Shown here in pieces: positions 18,902-33,700 of a stretch of 59,917 nucleotides of DNA (the stretch's first letter is position 1; every line of letters starts with the position of its first letter). The DNA lies in IMG/VR virus record IMGVR_UViG_3300000176_000011, positions 1 to 59,917 of that record; one strand, given 5' to 3'. The position numbers and the translations under genes were made by a program. Under the pieces are notes generated by a model. The model did not search any database. It had not been told where the DNA came from and was given only the letters and a program-made list of their open reading frames with translations. The DNA is from a virus (Duplodnaviria; Caudoviricetes).

Positions 18902-21126
18902 TATATAACACCAGTAAAGATTATGTAATTAATAGTTTCATAAGGATTCATAATGTTAATAGCCGCTCCAGTTTGTTGAGCAATAACACTTCCACTATTT
19001 TTTAATGCTTGACCTTGGCCAGTACCAGTCGGAGCCGCTAGCGAAACATTATCTGCATACTGATCAGTACTAGCAGTGGGAATTCCAACTGCATAGTATT
19101 GTGCATATCCGCTTTGAAGATTGTGTTTGTGATCTGGAAGATTATTAAGCGACAAAGTAACTGATTGATACCCTGAACTTTCACCTAACACATCTGCTGT
19201 AATATCACTAACTCTGTTAGCAGGACCTCCACCCGCACTTACTTGTGTACCTGAATTGTCCTTATATGGAACTTGGAGATTATTATTCATGTTATCTCTA
19301 CCAAGAGCAAATCTTCCTCTTAAATCAGGTAAAGCAAATGTATTATAACCTTGTAGTAAAGATTGAGCTTTGTATGTATAACCTATAACACCAAATAATA
19401 GACTATAATTTTTAACTTGGACTTCGCTGCCGTCGCATAACAAATAGCCTGCTGGAACTGAATTTCCAGCAAACGGAAATATACAACCAACAGGTATTGT
19501 TGGCACATGGTTTAACAAAGTAGTTTTGGTCATTCTTAACAAAGAACCACCGCCACCTGTTGTTGATCTATAGACCAACAACTGATCGTTATCTTGTGAA
19601 TCGCCTGCAGGAGATTTATTACTAATAAAAGTTGGATTAATTGTAGTAGTAAGAACTAGTGTACCAGTTGAGCTTAGTCCATCAAAACTTTGTAAATCGC
19701 TCAGAACGTCGCCCGCAATACTAAAAATTGTAGGACTAGCTAATTTAGCCGCTGACCCGTTCACACTGCCTGCTAGTGATCCGGTAAAACTACCATTAAA
19801 TGTTCCAACAAAAGAATTTGCATATATGTTTCTAAATTTTTGTGTAGGAGATCCAATGTCATACAATCCTGACGCTGTTGTATCACTTGCATTTTTACCA
19901 GGAAGTATTACAGGACCAGCTGTAGGGCTGTTATTAGACAAGTTGTTTAGTAAAATATTTCCGTAAGCAGTAATATTACCACCAAAATTACTTGCCTTGG
20001 CAACACTTAAACCACCTTGTGTTACAATACTACCAGTTGCAGTTGTCCATAAAGATCCCGAAGTATAAGATGAATCTAATGTTCCTGTAATGTTTAGAAC
20101 ACCATTAATGAGATTTGTTGTATCATCTTTAATTGTAACGGTTCCGGCAACATCTAATGTCGATGTAGGTGCTGTATTGTTAAATCCTGCACCAATTTTT
20201 CCAGTTGCATCAAAATACAAAACAGATTTAGTAACACCGCTGTTGTTAAAACTAAAGGTAATATTGTTAGTACTGCCACTACTTGTACTATTTTTACTAT
20301 AAAATACAGTAGAGTTTCCATTTGTACCAATATTAAAATTTAAATCGCTACCTATACTTAATCCAGCATTACTTCTGATGCTTAAAGGATTATTTGTAAC
20401 ACTAGTAGTATCGGATCTTAAAAAATTTGTAGAAGCAACTGGCGTGTTATTAATTAGTAATGCATCAGCTGAACTTGCGGTTCCGTAAAATCGTGTTGGG
20501 TTTGAAGAAAGAGCGTTATCAAGACTTGATAAAGTTATACCTTGATAAATTGTGCCAAATCCAGCAATAGAAATTTTAGGTGTAAATGTATCTTTACTAA
20601 TGATTGATATTCTATAACTATTACCATCAGCGGCTTTTGCAGAATACATTGTGATAACGCTATGAGTAATGTTATTTGTATCAATAATATTTTCAACAAT
20701 TGGACCAGTTAATGTTCCTTGACTGAATTGCGGACCAATTAATAACCAATTAGAACCTGAAAACAAATATAGTTGACTACTTGTAGTATCAACCCATAGA
20801 TCTCCTTGCAAACTACTAGAAACATCGGGTGCGGATCCTGATTTTTTTAGAGATCCAGCAGTATTCCATGTTGTACTATCCCATACTTTTAGAGTATTTG
20901 AACTAGTATCGTACCACAGTTGACCCTGTACTGGATTATCTGGCGCTGTACTATTTGCAAAATTTTCTAGTAAGTGTAGTAGATCTTCAGCAAATGGCTG
21001 TGCATATCCTGAATAGTTTTGTCCAACAAACTTTAAACTTGTTTGAGTGTTTAAACTTTGATCCTGAACTATTATTGGCGGTTTAGCAGGGTTATTTGAA
21101 TCAGTATATTCTACTTTATAAGTCAT
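18901..21126 (-). CDS. tail fibre protein with phage tail collar domain
   Basis: Same N-terminal module; IPVGCIFPFAG...PAGYLLCDG...LPDLRGRF collar motif. Confidence 0.85.
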   Translation of the reverse strand: MTYKVEYTDSNNPAKPPIIVQDQSLNTQTSLKFVGQNYSGYAQPFAEDLLHLLENFANSTAPDNPVQGQLWYDTSSNTLKVWDSTTWNTAGSLKKSGSAPDVSSSLQGDLWVDTTSSQLYLFSGSNWLLIGPQFSQGTLTGPIVENIIDTNNITHSVITMYSAKAADGNSYRISIISKDTFTPKISIAGFGTIYQGITLSSLDNALSSNPTRFYGTASSADALLINNTPVASTNFLRSDTTSVTNNPLSIRSNAGLSIGSDLNFNIGTNGNSTVFYSKNSTSSGSTNNITFSFNNSGVTKSVLYFDATGKIGAGFNNTAPTSTLDVAGTVTIKDDTTNLINGVLNITGTLDSSYTSGSLWTTATGSIVTQGGLSVAKASNFGGNITAYGNILLNNLSNNSPTAGPVILPGKNASDTTASGLYDIGSPTQKFRNIYANSFVGTFNGSFTGSLAGSVNGSAAKLASPTIFSIAGDVLSDLQSFDGLSSTGTLVLTTTINPTFISNKSPAGDSQDNDQLLVYRSTTGGGGSLLRMTKTTLLNHVPTIPVGCIFPFAGNSVPAGYLLCDGSEVQVKNYSLLFGVIGYTYKAQSLLQGYNTFALPDLRGRFALGRDNMNNNLQVPYKDNSGTQVSAGGGPANRVSDITADVLGESSGYQSVTLSLNNLPDHKHNLQSGYAQYYAVGIPTASTDQYADNVSLAAPTGTGQGQALKNSGSVIAQQTGAAINIMNPYETINYIIFTGVI

Positions 21127-21128
21127 TG

Positions 21129-21737
21129 TTATACTCCTACTAGACCAGTTAAGCTCTGAACTCGTACTGTATAATCAATTTGTATTAATCTGTTAAGACT
21201 TTTTAATACAGGATGAAAAATGACATGAGTTAAAAGCAATGGCGTACCTGATGAGCTATAACTTTGTAGTCCTAATTCGTCAAATACATAAGCACTTTCT
21301 CCGTTGGCTGTTGTATCGTATGCGCTTTGACCACTTGGTTCGCCGTAGTCTAACAAACAAGTTACAAAAATATCTGTATAATTTGTGCCTGTAACGTGTC
21401 TAGATTCAATAAAATTTCTACTTGGGTCAGTATTAGTGCTAGAATTACTATTAACTACTTTACTGTATGTTTGATTATACAAACTAGCATTGCTTCCACT
21501 AGAGTTAGGAGTCAAATATGTAATAATTCCTGTTGGATCAATGGATGTGCCGCCATTGCCAAATGCCATTTGATATATAAACCCTTGCCCGCTATTAGCC
21601 ATGCTTTCTGCAAGTGCAATACTCATGTTTTCATAGTGTATCGCATTACGCTTATTCACATAAATCTCAGCAGAAACGGGGTCCCATATTTTAATATGAC
21701 CTTCTATATGGATTCCTGTTGCGTCTTTAGTCTGCAT
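21129..21737 (-). CDS. baseplate/fibre-attachment structural protein
   Basis: MAFGNGG...FDELGL...HPVLKSLNR; position in the baseplate block. Confidence 0.55.
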   Translation of the reverse strand: MQTKDATGIHIEGHIKIWDPVSAEIYVNKRNAIHYENMSIALAESMANSGQGFIYQMAFGNGGTSIDPTGIITYLTPNSSGSNASLYNQTYSKVVNSNSSTNTDPSRNFIESRHVTGTNYTDIFVTCLLDYGEPSGQSAYDTTANGESAYVFDELGLQSYSSSGTPLLLTHVIFHPVLKSLNRLIQIDYTVRVQSLTGLVGV

Positions 21738-21785
21738 AATTGTCTCTCTTTATCTTATATTTATCAATAGCCATTAACCGCTAGT

Positions 21786-24700
21786 TTAACTCTTATAATC
21801 GCTATACCAGATACCCGGACTAGCTTTTAAGAACTGGGCAATCTTAGTATTGTCGTTTTGAATGTTCAAACTGCTATCCCAAGCAATGCCGTTACGTTTT
21901 ACTACAGTTATTTGAATTCCAGAATTAACTGTGTTAGTTAATCTTAACTGTTTAGAAATACCATCTACTGCAAATTCAGCATCAAACTGTACATCGCCAG
22001 ATGGGCTATATGGAGCTTGATTAACATTGAATAGCTTGTAAGGTTTTTTCTTTAATCTAATTCCACCAGCAAATACTTCTATGTCATTACTTTGTCCGTA
22101 GCCTGCAGGAATACCGCTGGTAAATCCACTAGGATAAGTCCAAAGATCTTTTGATTTAGTTGGAACAAATCCTAGATTTACAATGTGTGTTCCATTAGAA
22201 ATAATTTGTTCTGTTGTAGTGGTTTCAGTGTATGGAATAGTTTCTGTTGGTCCTATATCTTGTACAAACGAACCAGCTCGATGTAAATTATACACACCTG
22301 TACCTAATGTACCTCTACGTAGTTTACTTAAAGTGTTGCCTTGAATAGCAAAATATTCAATTCTTTCTCCGCGAATTTCTATTACACCCGGTAAATTTTT
22401 ACTCGGATTTGGCACATCAAAGTTTGAAGCATCAACTAGGACAATACTAGTATCATTCCAATGCAAATCTTGGGCTAGTGTAGTTTGTTTATTCAAACTT
22501 AATCGTTTAAAATGTACTCGATTTAGCATGTCTTTAAACTGTTGATATGCAATTCCCGTAGTTAATACATTACTGCCAAATGTAATTAATGTAATTTCAT
22601 CTTCAGGATTTGGAGGTACTAACAACTGAATCGATACTTTGTCATCGTTAACTCGGTAGTCAATACTTGGTGTCAATAATGTCGAATTTTTAACTACCCA
22701 AACATAATTGTCATCAATAACTGGTCTATCTAATTTAATCAAACCACTTAAAATTTGTTTGTAATAGTAAAATTCAAATGTATTTGGTGTTAGTACTGCA
22801 TTAGCTGTGACATTAACAGTTGTTCTTTCAATATCTAATACTGAATGATTATACGAACTAATCACTTCCACTGTATGAGTATTATCATAGGCCTGTGTGA
22901 ATGTAATTTGTTGTGTTGAAGGATTATAAAAATAACTCTCATTAGTTGTGATACTGACAAGCAAATTCTTTCCAGTATACTTTGTATAAATTACCTTGCT
23001 AATTTTTATACTAATACCGCCTATGTCTACAGTATAATCTGATCCAAGGGTTAGTTGAACACCGTCGACAAATACTAAAATTTGGTCAATAGCCGCAGTG
23101 TACGGACTTATTTTAGCAGGATCAATTGCATAATTCAGTTTGTTTTTTCCAATAACAAAGTAATTGTTATTCGGTCCTTGCAATATGCTTTGATCTACAC
23201 GAACAATCATATTTGATTCGTTAGGTAAACTTGTACCTATAGGATAATTTAAATTATAAGTTAAACTACCATCTGTTGGGACCAGTTCTGTTTTAGTTAT
23301 TGCAAATGTTTGTTGCTTACCGCCAACAATTATAAAATTAACCAAACTACCAGCATTTGGCGGTATTGGAAATCTAATACCAACAGCATTAGAAAACTCG
23401 TAAGTACTATCAGTTTTAAATAGCACTGGAGATGTTATTACACCATCAATATAAACTAACGATGTAAATGATGATAACCAAGGTGCTTTAGTTATAAATT
23501 CTGTTGTGACACCATCGCCTATAAAATAATCAAGGTCTAATATGTTAGATCCATTAAATCCAATATTAAAAATACTAATAACATCGCCCTTTGCTGGTAC
23601 AGAATTTAATCTAATAGTACGAGTTCTGTAATCAATTGAGTAATCGTCTGAGTAAGTTTTTACTAAGTTATTAACTTTAACTACAACCGCTCTTTGACTA
23701 TTAGGTTGCTGTGTCATAACATAAGATTGTGCTATACCATCAGCAATAAAATTATCTACTTTTATATTTGCAGATCCAGTAATTGGTCTATCATAAACTT
23801 TGATAGAAACTGAATCAACTACTTGCCCTGGAACAACTTCTTCAGGCGCAGGACTAGAAGTAGGTGTTACAAATCCGTCACCATCGACGATAATATCATC
23901 AGCTAACAATCCTGTTGCAGTAGTATATGCCCAATCACCACCAGTTAATGCAGTGTCATAATCTGTTTCTGCTGTCGGGATTGATCCATCGCTGGTTGTT
24001 TTTCTTAAGATAAACTCGTCGCCTTCATTAACTGTATATGTATTTGGTATAGTAAATGTTGCAGATTCACCGTCAGCAACAAATGTCGGTACAATAGCAT
24101 TTTTGTTTTTTTGGTCAGGAGTACCGTATGCAGGGTCATCTAAACGTATTGGATTTATTTTACCAGTTATATTCAATATACTACCTTGAGTAACAGGCGC
24201 AGTAAGTAATAGTGTTCCGTTAGCATTGATAGTTAAGTCATTTGGTTGCACTAAAGTTCTAGTGAACTTTATATCAGAACCATAAGGTATATCTGCATAA
24301 ACTATGGTACTAATCTTAATAGTTGTACTATTAACAATTTGAATAACTTGAGTATCGTATACAAAAGAATTAGAAGCTGTTGTTGAAACTAAGTCTCCAA
24401 CATGTATGTTTGCAGTACTAGTCAAGGTTAGTTGATTGCTACCTGCTTGATTAAATGTAAATGTCAATGTTCCGCTTGGAGTACTGTCAGATACTTTGTC
24501 AATAATAACCGTAGTAGAATCTGGAATTGAAACAACATGTCTTTCAGTAGCAAACCCTACTCCAAATATGCCCATACCAATTACAATACCAGCAGTATTT
24601 GTTACTTTTAATGTAGTATCAAAACTGCCACTAGAATTATAAGTTGTTTGTATACCTGATGATGAAACTGTTGTAATAGTTGTTGCTACAGGACTAATTG

Positions 24701-27700
24701 CTAACGGGTTATAATTATACTCGACCTGAGTGCCATTTGATACGTAAGAATCAGTATTATTTTTAATATGATAAATGTTAATTTCTGTACCAACATCTGG
24801 CGTATATGGCAGAGTAAAACTCCATGTGTTTGCATGTACTGTTACAAAATAATCGTCAAATGCAGTATTTGGGCTCCATTTATCTGAAAAATAAGGAGAA
24901 GATCCCCAACCTTTAGACACATCGAATCCAAGACCGTCGACTATAACTCCTCCATAGTCGATACCTGTCATTAACTGTGCTAGATCTTTACCAAGATCGC
25001 CTTCGCCTGGATTGTAAAAATAATTAATTCTATCAGCGGCATTCAAAATTGCATCGTTGATATAGTATGTAATAACTATTGTCGAACCAGTTGCAGGGGC
25101 ATTGCCTACAACAAAAGATAACAATCCAGAGTATTGTGTATAACCATTAGTTGTCGAAGTAATAGTTGTTAAATTATACAATTCTCTTAGTACTGGAATA
25201 CCGTTAACAACCACAGTTGAACGCCCTATAGTGATATCCGGACTCCATTTTAATTTAAATTGTAAGGCACTGCCTGTACCGCTAAATGTTTCTACTTGTT
25301 GTAACTGTGTGATATAATTTGTCTGTGTAATTCTATCAAATTTAATTCCAATTCTAGTAGAACGTATTACGCTATTTCCAATAATTGCAGATGCAGTCGC
25401 GGCTACACCTGTGCTAGAAATACCACCATCAATTACTACCTTAGGAGCAGACAAATATCCACTACCCGGAGTTAATAACACTATTCGATTAACTGTTCCA
25501 TTGGTAAAAAATGCTCTTGCAGTTGCACCGTTACCAGAATCGCTGATAAATCTTACAGTAGGTTCTGTCAAATATCCAGATCCTCCGCTAGTTAAAACTA
25601 ACTCGGTGACTTGGAATCCAACATTGTCAAGCCAGAATTTCCAAGGATAATTCTGAATATGATAGTCATCTGCTTGAATTTTTCCATCCTTAACTGTAGT
25701 ATTAACTAAGACAATTTTATTATTTTCATATATTGGCTGTAGGTCAAAGTCAGTAACCGGCATCTCAGCAGTATCCATACTTTCGTAATTACTAACGTAT
25801 TCTCTAATTTTAGTTCTATAAGGCTTAACTTCTGCTACATAGTCTTCAAAATTTGACAAATTGTCAACAGGATAATTTACAGGCTGACTTAACGCACCAA
25901 CATTATGTTGAGCTTTGACAAAACTAGTTTTGAAAATCCAGTCAACATAAACTTGTTCGCTAAACACATATCTTATACTATTAAAGAATAAATTTAAATA
26001 TTCTTGTTTAAGGTTACTAATAAAGATATTTGTCTTAATTGTTTTCAAAATAATTCTTAGTTCTGTAGAAGCTACTATGTCAAATACATCGCCATCAAAA
26101 ATACTTGAATCATATCCAACATTTGTTCCTACAAATTCATATAATGAACTGTCTAATTGAATTGTTCCGTTTTGTATGCCAATTACGCTATAAGAAAGTG
26201 TCCAATCAACACTAGTTGAATCGGCATATTTTTCTAATAATAACCAACCTCCAGCATTTGCTGTTCTAATTTTTACAGTATTACCGATAGATGGCTCGAT
26301 TGTGTTTAAATCTGCAAATGTATTAACAACATAGTCAGCTAATGTAAATTGATTGTAACCTGTTGCATACCAATCTACATAAGTCCAATATTTTCTAACA
26401 TCATAACTTTGTGTTAGTGTTCTTGACCACAATTTATAAACTGTATCATATGTATAGATACTCCAGTTACCTTCTGCTTGACCATCACTATGTACTAGTA
26501 CACTATAACTTCTAACTTGACAAATTGTTTCTCCGGCAATATATCCTTCACCAGCCGACACAACAGTTGCTCCGATGATTTGTCCTTGAGAATTTATTAT
26601 GGATTTTACTACGGCTCCTTGACCAGGTCCTACTATTGTTATATAAGGTGCAACTACGTAACCTTTTCCTGAAGATACAATCTTTATTCCTGTAACTTTT
26701 CCGTTAGCATCAACTTCAGGTGTAATCTCAGGCATCACAAACGAAGTTGTGTTGGTATATTTTAATTCTGCATCAGTATCTAACACAGTATCATACAATC
26801 CTTGTATAATATTTGGTTCGGCATCGTACTGATTTAACTTACTTAGGTCGCTATTTTCAACAATTCTATTTTTTAATAAAATTTGATTCGTATATTCTAT
26901 AAATTCTTTTAGTGCTTCAAATCTGTTTACAAACATGCCTTGGCGCGGTCTATTTTCAACACCATATCGAATTTTAACTGGTAACAAAGGATCTGGAACC
27001 AAACGACCTGATTCATCTGCACCGCATAAACTATCAATCCATTTTTGTTCAATTACACTCGGAAGTGTAATTGTAGGATCGTTGCTGATAATTTTCCACT
27101 GACTATGTACATTTTGGTCTGTTTTATCAATAGTCCAATATTCAACAGACAGTACTACGTTACTGCCATTTAAAAATGGTTTTATATTTGCCAAACTAAA
27201 TGTGTTTAATCCAGTTAGTGCTAGGTACGCATAGTCTTGGCCACGTGGATTTGCAATTAAATTAGACACATCTTGGGCAGACATGTTTCTTCCGGGTACT
27301 TGTGGTACAATCTTTTTATTCTTAACCCAGAAATAGTAAGTATTTTTAAATGCTTTACTTATTTTGTCATAATTTTGTCTAGTAGAATAAACACTATCAC
27401 CATATAGACTTGTTCCGCTGATGCCCACTGCTATCCCTGCCACAGTATCTGCTTGTGCATCCCATTGACTAGGTTTAAGATTTGAACTTACCCATTCGTA
27501 GATATCTACACTAGCTCCGACGGCTAGTGTATTCCAATTGCTATTTCTATAAATGATATCTTGGTCATAAGCGTTGACAAACTTTATAGTAGTAAGATTC
27601 CACCACAATGTACCAACTTGTTGTTTTGACCAAGCATTTGAACTATCAACAACTACCGCAGACGTGCCTGTAGAATAAACTGCTGGATCATAGAAAGTTT

Positions 27701-30700
27701 TATACTTAATTTCTTCTTCTGCTGGTCCAGGAATTTTTCCTTGTAAAGGATCAATCACATCAAGATATTTGATAAGATTTCCTGTAGCTCTATTGTATAA
27801 AAATGCCTTTTTAACTTTACTAATATCAGGTATATCAATTCTTTTATTGGTCACAGTCCAAGAATAAGTACCAGGCATTTTAGAATAATTGTAAATTTTT
27901 CCTGATTTTAAATTTCTATCTTGAGCGTAAGGTGCACCAACAAATATTTGATTTGCACCTACGGCAAATCCAACACCGTAACCGTCGCTAACTGTGTTTG
28001 AAGTTGGCAAAGTTTCACTGAACACCCACTTGGTTGCATACATATCATAAACGTCTACACGACCTGTATTAACTTGTGTTGTTAAGAATTGTGTTGAATC
28101 TTTATCAAATGTTGTAATACCGTTTGTATTAAATGTTGTTGTGGTAGTTGTATCGCCTGCCTGGCTATAAACAACCAATGTTTCATAGTCGTTCATAAAG
28201 GCAATTTTATTACCAAAACGTCCTTGTACTTCAGGATAGTGGTCAACCAATTCTTGATAAAAACTATAACTGTTGGAAGTATACTTGTAAACTCCTACTA
28301 CGCCTTGTTGATTAACTTTAGTAGTAGATTTAATATCATCAGAAACAGCAATATAAGTTCCACTGTCAGAAATAGCAATACTCTTACCAAAATTATTATC
28401 AATTCCAACTAATGTTTGGGAAGGAGTTGTGGAAAATGCTGTTCCAGTTTTCTTATAAACAAAAATCTTACCTACAGTAACTCCGCCAGCATTAGAAATT
28501 AATAATGTATTTCCGTCGCCGCTTAATGAAACTGCACTTCCAAAATTTTCTCCGTTTACTGATCCTGTGAATATTTCACTTGAATCATAAACAAACCGTG
28601 TTGTTACAAAACTTAAAACGCCCAAAGGTGTTGAATTAGGACTTCCGGATAAAGCAAGAGTAGTTTCATCTATAATTGACGTTACATATTGATTAGATGT
28701 AAACCCAGTTCCGACAACATACATACCTGGCCTAATGCCCAATGTAGAAGTTACAGAAATAACAGCATTGTGACTTCCTACAGGATTATAAGATGTTGAC
28801 ACATTAGTTATTGTAGTGTATTTAAATTTATAAACTATACCTTTATTATTGTTGTAGCCAATTGCACCAACATACAAGACATTATTTCCAAAGGTTAATG
28901 TTGAACCAAACTGTTCATTTGCTGTTGGAGTTGGACTCAGTATTGTATCGACTAAAATGTATTCATTATTTGCATCTTTTTTGTATAAACTAATAACACC
29001 GTGTTTAGATAAATTATTATTTGTTCCAGTTATATCTACTGGAACATATGGCAACGCTGTCCAAGAAGTTATACCTGTAACAATTGATGCAACTGTAATG
29101 GTACCAGTATTAATATTATTAACACTATCAATTTTAATTAATAGATCATTTAATACATTGTCGCCACCCAAGGCTGCTCCAGAAATTCTAATATTATCTC
29201 CGACAACATAACCTGAACCACCGTTGTTAACAGAAATAATATAGCCTGATAAGATTGGAGTTACATTGAATGTAGCACCTGACCCAAGTATTATGTTACC
29301 AGGTAAACTAGTATAAGTTCTGTCTGGGGTAATTCCTGACCATGAAATAGTTTGAATACTATCTTGTTGTGGAGGAGTTCCCGTTACTGTAATAGTAATA
29401 TCATTAACTGTGTCAAGTCCACCAACTTGTGATCCTAATATTTTAATTTTATTTCCAACTTTGTATCCTGCTCCACCTGACACAACATTTATTGTATAGG
29501 AAGCTCCAATAACAACAATAGTAAAACGAGCCCCTTGTCCTTGAGTTGATGTAATACCACTAACAGTATATGTGCTCTGTATATTAGAAATTTTTGTAGT
29601 AACATTAGCAATGGTACCAATTGTAGGTTTTGACCCTCCAGTTACTAAACAAGTTATTGAAGTATTGCTGTCAATGGATTGAATTGTTACGTTAGTTGGA
29701 TAATTGCCAAACAAACTGCCAGTTCCATCATTAGCAACAAATGTTCCGTTGACTGCTAATCCAGCAGTATTATCTAGCTGATTAATAGTAACTACCCAAG
29801 GTCCGGTGGCATCCAACAAAACATTTACTGGAGTCACTAGACTTATTGTTCCAAAATTACTGATTTTAGAAACAGTTGGTGCTTGATAGTATATGCCACT
29901 GCTGGATACAATCGCACCGCCTGGATAAGAAGTACCAGCTATGAACGCTGAACCATGCACTACATCTTGTACTAATCGAGTAGCCGCATATCCTGCTAAT
30001 GGGCTTCCAGTAGCTAACCATGTATTGTCATTAGAAATTGCAATTACATTAGCAGATACATTGGGAGAATTTAAATTAACTCCTGGAAAAGTATTTGCAG
30101 ATATAGCTGGGTTGGAAATTGCTTGATGCTTAATCCAAGGTACAAGTATTCCAGATTTTGCATACACTAATGTTTTACCATCAGAGGTACTTATTGCTGA
30201 AATAGTACCAGTATTTGAAACAGCTATAGTTCGGCCATAGGTTAAACCAGCAGATGGAGTGGTGTTTAAAATATTGGCTTGACTATAAGCAGACTCGTAT
30301 GTCCATGTAGCCCAAATTCCGTCATCTGTTTGAATGTTGTCGGTCCAAATTAATTCTTTATTTTTTAATCTACTTGGAGAAATATTGTCTAATAAATCAA
30401 TAGTTGTAGTTCGTTGTGAAATTAAAGTATATACTGTAATACTACTTAAATTAGGAAATGGCTGCACCCACTTAGGCACAGTCGCAGACACTACAAATGA
30501 ATTTAGCGATACTGAAATAATTTTGTAAAAACCATTTATATTTGTAGTTTGTGTTATACCAATATAAGAATTAACAGCAAATGTAACTAATTTTTCTGTA
30601 GTAAACGTCAATGTCTTGGCTGTTGCATCGTAGGCAACACCGACTACAGTAATTCCAATATCTGTAAATCTATACACATTCCAATAAAATGGAGGGGTGT

Positions 30701-33700
30701 CAAATGTACACCAAATGTAACTACCGTTTATAAGTTTACTTGGATCTTGACTGGTAATATCGCTAATATTACCTATAATAATATCGACATCACCTGAATT
30801 AACATGACCTGCATTACGCAACAAAGGTTGATAAGTTGTTGCTATTGGCCAAGGATACGAGTTATAGCCAGTTGGTTTTAGATAAACATCGGTGGGTGTT
30901 TGTTGTATAATAAAAGAATTTATACTAAGATCTTTCTGTTGAACAAGATCATAGCCCTGAGGATTATTTTTTATATCCCCATCATTTAAAATAAATTCAA
31001 TTTGCTGGAACGCTGTACTTGCACCATACTGTCCTACACGCAACGCCCATTCTTCATAAAAAGATAAACTTTCTAGATTATCAGAACTTAGTACATCAAA
31101 CAATTTGTTAAGAACATTTTGTGTTCCTTTTTCACGAATCATTCCTTGATAAAATTTAAATTCGCTAACATCGTCTTGAATAATATTATCTAAATACTGA
31201 CGTTTTTGATAGCCAATTAAATGTTGACCCATAGTTTGTTGCTGTAGGTCAAAACTATCTGTGTCTAAACTGTAAAAATCTTGGAACTGTGTGGCTAAAT
31301 TTGTCCAGTTAGGCAAAATTTGTGGTGTTGGTTTATTAGCCAACTGTGTCCAATCGCTTGCTACAAATGTAGTAGTTCCTGGCAAAAATTTATTTGCACT
31401 ATAGTAATATCCTTGATATACAATAATATCTCCCATATTGTAATCAGTCCATTGTTGCCAAGATTTAACTACAGCTTGGTCAAACACAAAGCCAGGAATA
31501 TCTAAACCGCCATACCAGTCTGGAGTTACATAGGCCGAAACTTTGATTCTTTCTTGTCTATATCCGCTTTCAAGATTATAAATTACGTCATTAAAAATTG
31601 TTGTATTATTAATAATTACAACATGTTCATGCTGAATTAAGTAAAAACTTGCACCATAAATACCGTCAGCTGTTCGGGGACTATAGCTTACTGTATTTTC
31701 ATTTCTATAAGAATCTAAATCAGCTGGTTGAATTGCTGTGCCATCAACTTTAAAAATTTCATATGTGTTAAACAAGTTATTGATATCATCAACCACTGAC
31801 AACGGAGCATTGAAATTAATTTTTCCGGCAGAAGGACTAAGACTGATAACACTACTGCCTACGTTACTTAAACCATCTAATTTAGTATAGTCGTCATAAT
31901 TAAAAACACTGCTGGCAGGTAAATTTCTATTTGCACTATAATAATATCCGTTATATCTTACAATACTTCCATAGCTCACAGGCTGGCTTGGCAACCAATC
32001 GCTCCATTTGTCCTGACCTGTACTCCAATTTTGTGTAGTCCAGAATAAAAATTCTTTGGCACTAGTTTCCCAATTTGACACTTGACCGAGATTAGTATTG
32101 AATTCATTAAATTCAAATCCTTGATCCTTTAACCATTCTCCGTAGCCCTGTAAGAAATCAACTACTGCTTGTATTGTAGTAAATTCAGTTCCGTAAGGAA
32201 CTACTAGTTCAGATGTTCTATCCCATACTTTTCTTAAAACGGCATTAACACCGCCATTAACTGGCAACGTTGGTAATACAGCAAAATAAGAATTGTCAAA
32301 TGTAGCACTAGTATTTGTTGCAGTTGTTCTAAAATAAGAACCATTATATTTTACAATTGAGCCAATAGTATATTGTTGGCCTGCTGTCCAGGTAGTAAAA
32401 CTTTCTGATATTCCACCTACGTTAATGCTAGTACCAGATTGAATATATGGGTAATATTTAAAATATGGCTGTGTTTGACTATAACCTGATATTTGATATC
32501 CACCAGTTTGCTTTGTAATAATTACACCGCTATAGGTTAATTTGTTTACAGGATTTGAACTATTTAAAATAACTGAATAATCTTCTGCTGGTATGAATAC
32601 ACTACCTGTGCTACTTGGTGTCTTTGAATCTAATAATAGATTAAATTGATTTTTATTAGTAAATGCACCTAGTCTATAACTTAATTGAAAATTTATGGTT
32701 GCTAGATCGGTGGCATAGGTATTATAAGATTTTATATTATTACTAAAAATATAGTTTAAAATAAGATCTACAACGTAATTAATAATACCCGCAGTTTGTA
32801 CACGAGTATTACTAGAATAGATGCTAGGTAATACTATATCTGTAGGACGAATTCTTAAACCAGTATCTTTATAAATCAATTGTCCTGCGAGATTTCGTTG
32901 AATACGACTTCTGTCCAATAACAACCCTAGTGTTTTAGAAGGTGTTAATAATAGTGAAGTTATCAATACACTAAATGAATAATGACTGCTACGTCTCCAT
33001 GCGGCTTCAACTGGTGCAACATCTCCAAATACAAAATCAAGATTACTACTTGGTGTTATAGTTCCTCTAGATAGGCCAGATTGTACAGGGCTTAATAAAT
33101 TACCTTGTTCATCCACTGGAAGATTAGATATTAAAAATGGTTTAGCAAATTTTGATAGTTTAACCGGAGGAGTATTGGGATTTCTAACAATACCATCAGT
33201 AATATCTTGCCACATTACAAGATTATCACTAGTATATGGAGCTGGACCATACACGCTAGTCCACCATGTAGGTTCTATATTAAACCCTAACATCTCCCAA
33301 GGACAAATATGTGGTCTATCAGTGTCTAATAACCAACGATATACTCCTCTCCAATAGCCTGGTAAACTAGTATTGTCAGGTGCTGAATTGTAACTATAGT
33401 TGTAGGTAAAAGAATTATTAATATCGTAATTAATTGATTTAGTAAAATCTATTCCAACAAGTTTTGCCCATTTATAAAAACTTGGAGCAAGAACTGTATT
33501 AAATTCTTCTAGACTATAAACATTAGTTCTATTATAACTTGGTATGATATTAGTAATATCGAAAATTGTTGGATCATATTCTACTTTAATATTATTAAAA
33601 ATTCGTTTTTCTAATTCTAAAATCAGTTGATCTCTGTAATCACCATAGGCTAATATTTGACTACCATCATGACCTTGGATCATTAATTGACCTTCAGGAA

